DNA of 64,000 nt, taken from positions 32,001 to 96,000 of IMG/VR virus record IMGVR_UViG_3300032030_000020; one strand, 5' to 3'. Shown one piece after another: positions 37,726 through 45,300 of this stretch. The DNA is from a virus. Taxonomy: Duplodnaviria > Caudoviricetes. A model generated the notes under the pieces. It made no database searches. It was not told the origin of the DNA and worked only from the letters and a program-made list of their open reading frames with translations. Numbering within the stretch: position 1 is the stretch's first letter; each line of letters opens with the position of its first letter. The position numbers and the translations under genes were made by a program.

Positions 37726-38856
37726 TCACCCCACAATCAGTACCGAGATCGGAATATTGATCTCCGGTTCTTCACCATAACAGGTTAACGTAATTGAGTT
37801 ATCCGTTTGTGCTGTGCACATAATTTTTGCTTGCGTTGCTGCATCTATTTCTTCGACCGTTGCTGTATTTGCTATGCCAACGACAAGATTTGTATTGGTA
37901 TTGACACCGCTTACTGTAATTGATTGGGTAGGTGGCGTTGCACTAGACCAAGAACCTGCAGCCGCAGTGACGATGGAGTTCTCGCTTGTAAAAGCCATTT
38001 TCTGAAGCGTCCATTGCCCCTTGTAATAAGTAAGCACAAACGGCCGGCTGAGCGTTTGACCATCGAAATAATCCAAATGCGGATAAACATAACACGTAAA
38101 ATTAGTATAACTGTAAGTAGATTCTCTTGAATAAACACTAATATATAACATCAAGCTTGTAGGACCATCTGAATCTATCAGTTCTGGCGCTTCTGCAACA
38201 GCTTTAGAATATATTAAAAATTCGCTTGTTGTTCGTGAAACGTAGCTAAGAATGCCTTGCTTCAGCTGAGCGAAACCCGTTACGAAACCGCTGTCAATGA
38301 ATATGTCTATATTACTGTTTGTTAATACTTTCTCTCCGCCGGAATATAAGCAGCCATCGGTTCCAACATACGCCGTATCATGAGAATAGGTCTGCGGATT
38401 CGCGCCCTGAGATGTAGCACCCACAAGAAATATTTTGGAAGAAGTATCTGTAGCTCCCGCCGTGTTTTTTGTGTCCGTATTTGGATTCGCAGGAATTTTA
38501 CCGGACGTTACAGAAAGCCCTGTCACGTGACCTTTTCCGTCTGTGTTAAGGGTTACGCCTTTTACCACGTCAATGCTCCATGCAGCTGTCGCCCCTGAAG
38601 CAGAAGCAGTCTTGTCAGAACCGGAAGCCGTAGCAGGGGTATAATGATTCGCGGAACTCGTAACCTTCGTATCTGTAAATACAGCCCCAGAAGGCACAGA
38701 AGTAGCAATGGTGTAGCCGCTGTCTTTGATGGTTTTGCCAGTCGTTCCGTCAAACGTAGCGACCCGATTTGCCGTCGCAGATGCAGGGCCTTTGACAAAT
38801 AAAGATTCCAGTTTTGTCTTAAATCTCTGCAGCCCGGATAAATCTAAGAATGCCAT
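37726..38856 (-). CDS. Fibre protein with C-terminal adaptor domain
   Basis: ATFDGTTGK.IKDSG and D.KGHVT fibre motifs; shares a ~52-aa module with the 27535 gene. Confidence 0.8.
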   Translation of the reverse strand: MAFLDLSGLQRFKTKLESLFVKGPASATANRVATFDGTTGKTIKDSGYTIATSVPSGAVFTDTKVTSSANHYTPATASGSDKTASASGATAAWSIDVVKGVTLNTDGKGHVTGLSVTSGKIPANPNTDTKNTAGATDTSSKIFLVGATSQGANPQTYSHDTAYVGTDGCLYSGGEKVLTNSNIDIFIDSGFVTGFAQLKQGILSYVSRTTSEFLIYSKAVAEAPELIDSDGPTSLMLYISVYSRESTYSYTNFTCYVYPHLDYFDGQTLSRPFVLTYYKGQWTLQKMAFTSENSIVTAAAGSWSSATPPTQSITVSGVNTNTNLVVGIANTATVEEIDAATQAKIMCTAQTDNSITLTCYGEEPEINIPISVLIVG

Positions 38857-38872
38857 TCACGTCACTCCTTTC

Positions 38873-39130
38873 TTAGAATCTAGGAATTTGATTCATTGTG
38901 TTTTGGATCTCCTGATCGGAGATATGTCTAGTTTGTTTCAAATACTGAAGCATTTGATTCGGATCATTTCGCATATACATAGGAATGTCAGGAAAAGCCT
39001 GTAGAATAACCGGCATAGGGTTATGCATAGCCTGCATTACCTGGTTCATTCTTTGCATAGGTGTTGTAACAGATTGTACCGGCGGCCGATTCGTAGGGTT
39101 GCTCATGTATGCGTTGTAAAGCTCATTCAT
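38873..39130 (-). CDS. Q/M/N/P-rich hypothetical protein (spore-like cluster)
   Basis: NP..M, DPNQMLQYL. Confidence 0.7.
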   Translation of the reverse strand: MNELYNAYMSNPTNRPPVQSVTTPMQRMNQVMQAMHNPMPVILQAFPDIPMYMRNDPNQMLQYLKQTRHISDQEIQNTMNQIPRF

Positions 39131-39540
39131 CGGTTGCCACCCCGATTTCCATTGTTCTGCATAGACCGAGAAAGATTATGTAGTTCTTCTTTCAGTTCGT
39201 CAAAATCACTTTTCAGTTCGTCAAAATCTTTCTTTACAATATACTGCGTATCGCCGGATATATTATTGGGCAGCAACGCAGGGTTAGTGCGTTCCTTGAT
39301 TGTGTAGTTGATCTCCTGCATGGGATTAGCCATGCCGATAGAGTTCCAACTCTTTAACCAGATGCGCTTTTCAGAGTTGTCCCATAAGGCAATAGGTGTT
39401 TCCGGCGGCCACCCCTGAGGCATCTGGAAAGCCTTGGCTCCGACTTCCCCGTCCACCCATTCCATTGATTTAATGTTAGACGTATAAGACTGTGCCTGCG
39501 GATACATGTAAGGATATTGCGGATAATTGTAATAAGTCAT
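39127..39540 (-). CDS. Conserved hypothetical protein (spore-like cluster)
   Basis: Y/P/Q-rich N-terminus; WVDGEVGAKAF...LWD.....W.KS; coiled tail. Confidence 0.75.
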   Translation of the reverse strand: MTYYNYPQYPYMYPQAQSYTSNIKSMEWVDGEVGAKAFQMPQGWPPETPIALWDNSEKRIWLKSWNSIGMANPMQEINYTIKERTNPALLPNNISGDTQYIVKKDFDELKSDFDELKEELHNLSRSMQNNGNRGGNR

Positions 39541-39552
39541 ATATACTCCCCC

Positions 39553-39927
39553 TTATTCTATTCTCCAAAAGAATGACGCAATTTCAGAACCGGAATCCCA
39601 GCTGTCATAATAATTTCCGTTGATGACTGCGACAGCGTGAGATCCGGTTCCGATAATAAAGATTCCATATAAAAAGCTTTGAGAGAATTCTTTGATTGTA
39701 AGACAACGCGGACATTGATTCGGTAGAACAAACGGTTCGAATCCTTTAAGGTATAGGTATTTACCCCAAACCGCATCCGCAGACGGCATGTTAAACTCCG
39801 CTCTTGCAACGGAATAAAGCTCGTCAAAAGTTTGAATCCACGGCTGATTCAAAGCAATCGATATGGCCCGAACTACACAGTCTGGGACTTCTTTGTTTAG
39901 AGGATTGGGGTTTGCTTTAATCCACAT
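39553..39927 (-). CDS. Putative papain-fold Cys peptidase
   Basis: NPNP...DCVVRAI...HAVAV...YDSWDS (Cys-His-Asp order). Confidence 0.6.
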   Translation of the reverse strand: MWIKANPNPLNKEVPDCVVRAISIALNQPWIQTFDELYSVARAEFNMPSADAVWGKYLYLKGFEPFVLPNQCPRCLTIKEFSQSFLYGIFIIGTGSHAVAVINGNYYDSWDSGSEIASFFWRIE

Positions 39928-41291
39928 TAAAACATGGCGTCGATTTCAGCATCTGTAATAGCCGTGCCAATGCTATCGACTTCATCCTGCAGGTCGGAAA
40001 TATCGCTGTTGATTGTTGCGATGGAAGACGACAACCCTGAGATATTCGTATTGATAGTTTGGATTTTCCCGTTTGTACTTTCGACAAAATTCGAAACGGA
40101 TACGGGATCTTGAGCAGACGAATCAATCAGAATACCTGTTCCGTCTAATGTAACATCTCCACCCATTCCGTTAACAGACCTTACAGAACCATCGCCGTTC
40201 ACGCCGGAATAAGAAACGTTATATAAGACAGTAGTTTGTCCGCCACCCCATTGGAACGTTGTCTTGCTCCATGTATATTTGCCTTGTTCCGGGTTGGGTG
40301 TTGCAGTCCACGTCCCTGCTGTTGGGTGGTCTCGACCGTTCGTGCTGTTCTGATAAACTACCGTACCGTCCTGCACGACATCTCCAAACTCAGCGATTTT
40401 CTGAACCATATACTCAGAATAATATTTTGAGTTGTTGTGATAGGTTGGATCTGTTGTTGGAACATTGGTGCCGCCGCGCTGTCCTACAGCCCACGCTTCT
40501 GCATTTCTTGAGTTTGCGAGTGCGTTTGTTTCAGCTGTACTTGCATTAGTCGCAGACGTAGAAGCTGAACTGCTTGCGCTCAGAGCGCTATCTTTTGCAG
40601 AAACAGCAGATGCTGCACTGTTTGCAGCATTTGTTTCCGCTTGAATTGCTCTGTCTTTTGCTGACACAGCTTCGTCCTTCGCTGTCTCTGTCGCAGTCTT
40701 GGCGGCTTGCGCAGCCGTGTTAGCTGCTTCTGCTGTGGTCTTCGCTGTTTCTGCCAGCCCATGAGCCGTCTCTGCTTTATTTTGTGCAGTTTCGGCTTTT
40801 GTTTGTGCGGTTTCAGCTTGACTTTTTGCTGTTTCGGCTGCGGTCTCTGCTCTTTCGGCGCTTTGTTGTGCTGCGACAGCACTTTCGGACGCTTGTTCGG
40901 CGTAGACTTGCGCTGTTTCTGCGCCTTGTTGATGTGTGCATGCAACTTCAGAATAGTACTTTGCGTTGTTGTGATATGTATCGTCGGCAGATGAGACATC
41001 CACATTCAACCTTTTTCCTGTTGCCCATGCTTCTGCATCTAAAGCTCGCTGTGAAACTTCAGCAATATGTTCAACCCATTCTTCCTGAGTCCCTTCGTAC
41101 CCTTCTGAAACAGCAATTGCATAAGAAGAAACTGGGCCAAGGTTTTGTGTTAAGCCGTCAATATACTCCGCATACAATTGTCCGACATTTCCAGTTGACA
41201 CACCGTCTCCAATCCAGACACGGATGACACCACGGTATAGCGTGACGTATTCTTGGAAGGTTGGATAAAAAGTATAAACTGATTCAGCCAT
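39927..41291 (-). CDS. Coiled-coil tail fibre
   Basis: SYAIAV..GY.GT.EEW; AETAxxx heptads; AEAWA.G...TYHNN.KYYSE x2; V.SVNG..GDV. Confidence 0.8.
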   Translation of the reverse strand: MAESVYTFYPTFQEYVTLYRGVIRVWIGDGVSTGNVGQLYAEYIDGLTQNLGPVSSYAIAVSEGYEGTQEEWVEHIAEVSQRALDAEAWATGKRLNVDVSSADDTYHNNAKYYSEVACTHQQGAETAQVYAEQASESAVAAQQSAERAETAAETAKSQAETAQTKAETAQNKAETAHGLAETAKTTAEAANTAAQAAKTATETAKDEAVSAKDRAIQAETNAANSAASAVSAKDSALSASSSASTSATNASTAETNALANSRNAEAWAVGQRGGTNVPTTDPTYHNNSKYYSEYMVQKIAEFGDVVQDGTVVYQNSTNGRDHPTAGTWTATPNPEQGKYTWSKTTFQWGGGQTTVLYNVSYSGVNGDGSVRSVNGMGGDVTLDGTGILIDSSAQDPVSVSNFVESTNGKIQTINTNISGLSSSIATINSDISDLQDEVDSIGTAITDAEIDAMF

Positions 41292-41896
41292 TATTCATCA
41301 CCGCCCACCATAACAAACCCTGCAGGATTTGAATAAATAGTCGAACCGGCAACGTCCATTATTGCGCAGCGATACTTATTATGGGCGATCGCTTCTTGTG
41401 TTGCCAATGTGGTGTACGTGGAACTGCGAGCGTCTGAGATATCTGTGAACTCCGCTTCGTCGACAGAAATTTGCCATTGATACTTTGCGACTCCGACCGC
41501 TCCAATTGAGAATGTTGCTTCCTGTCCTATCGATGTGACCGTCCAGTCAACAGGCTGTACAATGATTTGCATAGAATCAGGTTGCATAATTTCACGAAGA
41601 TATTGCACATAACTGCTTGAACTCAACTCTCTCGAAGAATGCCGTGTTCCTTGGTTGGTATAAACATTTAACTGTATTGTTATTTCTTCGTCGTCTGCAA
41701 ACAGCAGGCTTTCTTCCTGAGTTAACTGAAATTCAATACTTGTAATGTGCTGATCTTTTGCGATAAACCCGTAGGTGATGGTTTTCTCGAAAACAATACT
41801 TTCTTGTTGCTTATAAGACACGACAACTTTGTTGAGTTCGTTTGCTGCAAAGGGAATTATGAAGGCGTGTGTTATAGTCTCGCCGGGTGTAAACAC
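41291..41896 (-). CDS. Baseplate adaptor with Ig-like domain
   Basis: LTQEESL.F; QP...ATF...YQWQ...YRC. Confidence 0.75.
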   Translation of the reverse strand: MFTPGETITHAFIIPFAANELNKVVVSYKQQESIVFEKTITYGFIAKDQHITSIEFQLTQEESLLFADDEEITIQLNVYTNQGTRHSSRELSSSSYVQYLREIMQPDSMQIIVQPVDWTVTSIGQEATFSIGAVGVAKYQWQISVDEAEFTDISDARSSTYTTLATQEAIAHNKYRCAIMDVAGSTIYSNPAGFVMVGGDE

Positions 41897-41921
41897 GCTG
41901 CATCACTTCCTTTCTGCGTGT

Positions 41922-42290
41922 TTATTCGAAATTAAAAAAACAAGACAACGATTCGATGTCTTGGATAGATAAATTAAACGATCCGTCAAGATGGATCGTC
42001 TTTGGCGTATAATCAATGTTGACTTCCATACAATCAAGTTCGTTAAGCTTTTTAAGACACTCAATTCGCTTGTTTGCATCTTCTATGAACCATCCGCTGT
42101 TTTCTGTTCTTTTTGCGTCGAAGCTTTGAAGAATTTTCAGCTGTTCTTCAACTTGGAATTCGTATTGTTCCTTGCAAAGCTTTTTGACCTTGAAAAACAA
42201 CAAAGCAATATTGGAAGGAATGCAAAGGTCCTTGGATATGTTCTCCAACGTTTTATATGCGTCAACAAATTCTTTTTGTTTAATCTTCAT
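41922..42290 (-). CDS. Small tail-associated helical protein (DUF1617-like)
   Basis: Position after Tal; EL..MEV.I...I.L pattern. Confidence 0.55.
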   Translation of the reverse strand: MKIKQKEFVDAYKTLENISKDLCIPSNIALLFFKVKKLCKEQYEFQVEEQLKILQSFDAKRTENSGWFIEDANKRIECLKKLNELDCMEVNIDYTPKTIHLDGSFNLSIQDIESLSCFFNFE

Positions 42291-42301
42291 AATGAACTCC
42301 T

Positions 42302-45300
42302 TTATACGATAACCTGTACATATTCTTCAGCGGTTTCACTCCATACAAACAAGTTGCGAATATACGCATAAGAATCAGTATCTTGTGCGAGCAAACTAAA
42401 ACAAGTAACAGCTCCGCCGTTTACGGTTGTTGTATTCACGCCGCTATCAAACGTGGCGTAACCAGCACGCCCAACATACGTCTTGCCATTGTCAAGTGTA
42501 ATTCCTGTAGGATCTAGGGTTACTGTTCCGTTTGTGTTACTTAGCGCTAAACCGCCTGCTGCGCTTAGCCACGTATTTCCATCTTCTGAAGTCAGTAATC
42601 CACTATCGTCTGTATACCATTTGCCAATACGTGCTTTTCCGTCTCCTTGTATTTCAAATGACGTATTTTCGCCGCCGTTACCGATGGAGAATGTTCCGCC
42701 TGTTTCGATGTTAAAATTGCTGACAGCCGAAATAGATACTTCGTTTTCATTAACAGAAAAGTTATCCGTAGCAATAACAAGCTTGCCATCTCCATTTGCG
42801 TTAAGCTTAAAGTTGTCTGTGTCGATTCTGATCTTGTCTGTTCCGGCAAAAGACAACGTGCCATCTCCACTGACGGATATGCCGGCTCCAGTAATGAAAT
42901 CTTGAAACTCATTAACAGTATATGCGGACATATTAACAGAACCGTCGTCCTGGAACAGCCGTGTCTTTGTTGAGAACTTTGTATCCATAGCGCTATAATC
43001 ACTGTTGTACTCCACAAGAAACCCATCAAAATCTGCTTGAAGCATATATCCTTTTGATTCTATAACGCCATTGGTGTATTCGGAGATGGATTTGTCACCA
43101 ATATATAATTTCTTGGCAATTAAGGTTCCGTCATTTTGAAGCTGATAGTCGTAACTTCCACCGGAATAAGAACCGGAATGAATTACGGGATCAGTACTCT
43201 CAGACGATCCTGCGTCTATATACATATCTCCTTTGTGCATGCCGGAACTGTCAATAATCCAGCCGCCAATCTTACCGTCTGTTGCGGTAATTGTGCCGCT
43301 GAATTCTCCTGTTGAAGCATACAAAGATCCATCTTTCAAGAGTCTAAAAGGAGCATTGGCATAAGTCTCGCTTCCAGCGTAGATGACGTATTCCTGATTG
43401 GCATCAGAATTCAGTTCTACATAGCTTGTGCTTGCACCGGAGTGCAATTGTCCTTCTTTAATTGTCCAGCCGCCGATGGTTCCTTCGTCAGTAATAATTT
43501 CTCCCAGAAAGTCTGCATGATATTGGCCGTCTTCGCCTTTGTAGATGTTCAGGTTGTTAGATCTTATGGTAAGCTCTGCGCCCGATTCTATGGAGAAATT
43601 CCCCCCGGACTTCAGGGAGAAATCGGAACCTGCTTGCATGTTGATTACGCCGCCAGACAAAACATTGATCGCTGCAGGATTGTCATTGTCACCGGCTTTG
43701 ATTTCAATTAATGCATCTGTCGTCAGCAAGCTCCCCGCTGGGCGATCACCGTCAATCGTAGCAAACAATTCCAAAGCTTTATTGCTTCCGATTTCAAGTT
43801 CCTGTCCGACTGAAGAATGAAGCTTGTCTGCTGTAATGGCTCCTGCTTCGATAAGTTTTGCCCTAAGAGTACCCGTGGTAATGACATCTGCCGTCAATCC
43901 GAGACCGGTCATGCTGTTGTTCCATTCCCAGTCTCCATCGGAATTCTTGCTTGAAGCAATTCCAAAGCCAGAGCCCGTTATTTTCATTGCAGACATATCG
44001 TCGGCGGATTCAAAGATCATTGCACCCTGATCGTCTGTATACCAGTTTGTAGCACCGCTGTTTAACTTATTTGCATTAAGCTGAATAGTGCCTTGAAGCT
44101 TCTGCGTAACAACTTCGCCTTTAGGCCCTAAGGTAGACGCTCTTTCATATATTTCCTGCCGTGCTTTCGTCTGGTTTGCAATGTCCGCAATGCGGGACAT
44201 AACGTCTGTAAAACTATGCTGTCCAATCAGAGAAAGGTTGGTATTCAAGGTGATATTTGTCAGCCAAGGCTTGTCATAGCACTTGTCGACTTTATCGAGA
44301 TATGCCCATAGATTGACATTGATTTCTGGGTCAATCAGATGTGCCGCGTCGGTATCTTGAACGTCCGGCCATTTTGCATCGTTGTCTTCTGAAATATCTT
44401 CCGCTTCATACAAATCAAGAAATTCTACGTCGTAAGTAGCTTCTGGTTTGGCGATCTCCATAAGGTTATCCAAAGTGTCTTTGTAAAGCTTGGCTTCGTC
44501 GCCTTCCACGTAGTCCGGATTCTGCCACCAACCTTCACGATATACATCGCCTAATAACTCAGAAAGTTCATTGTTCTTGTCGTTTACAACTTTTTGAGCC
44601 GCCAATAGGGAAGGAAGGTAATTCTCGTATGCTTCGTCTGTTAGATCAGCAAATTGCTTTGTGAGAAAATTAATGCCTTTCAAAAGGCCGGAAGGAACAA
44701 TATCTTCAAGTACGGTATATAATTTATCGTCAACATAGATTAGTTTATTGTAGTTATATACACGCACGTAATGAGTGCTTTCAGGAAGAGTAGGCGACGC
44801 AATTCTTAAAAAATAAGCGTGTTTCGGAGAACGGAAGGAAGTCGCTTCAGAAGTGTAGTATATTCCGATCAACTCTTTGTGATGATCGTAGATAAAGATC
44901 TTACTTCCTTCAGGCAAATTAAACTCGTAATTAGTTAGTTCATAGATACTGATATTGTAGGATCTCTTCCAGTCCTTATTTGTTTCGTCGGCTCCTTGAT
45001 TGTTGATTGTGCCGGTTGCGAAATTAATACCTGCGATAAGGTTTTCGGAAGGGTACTCTACTGTATCAAACGGTTTGGTATCTACAGAGACAATCGAATT
45101 TACATCTTCGGCCTGATAAACTGTGTATTCTGTTGTGTCAACCAACGGTCTGATAGGCTCTGGGTAAATGTTGTTCGGCCGGTCAGTCGTAAACACCCAA
45201 TAGAAACCAAAATCAGTACGAATGGCGTAGTTGCCAGGTTCTCCAATAGGGGTATTGACTGTGTATTTCTCGTACAATCCCTTATACAACATATCCCGCC

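Noticed and set aside
28259-38477. Diversity-generating retroelement TR/VR pair
   Set aside because: Differences are mostly synonymous rather than adenine-specific, both copies are mid-gene, and there is no reverse transcriptase in the window
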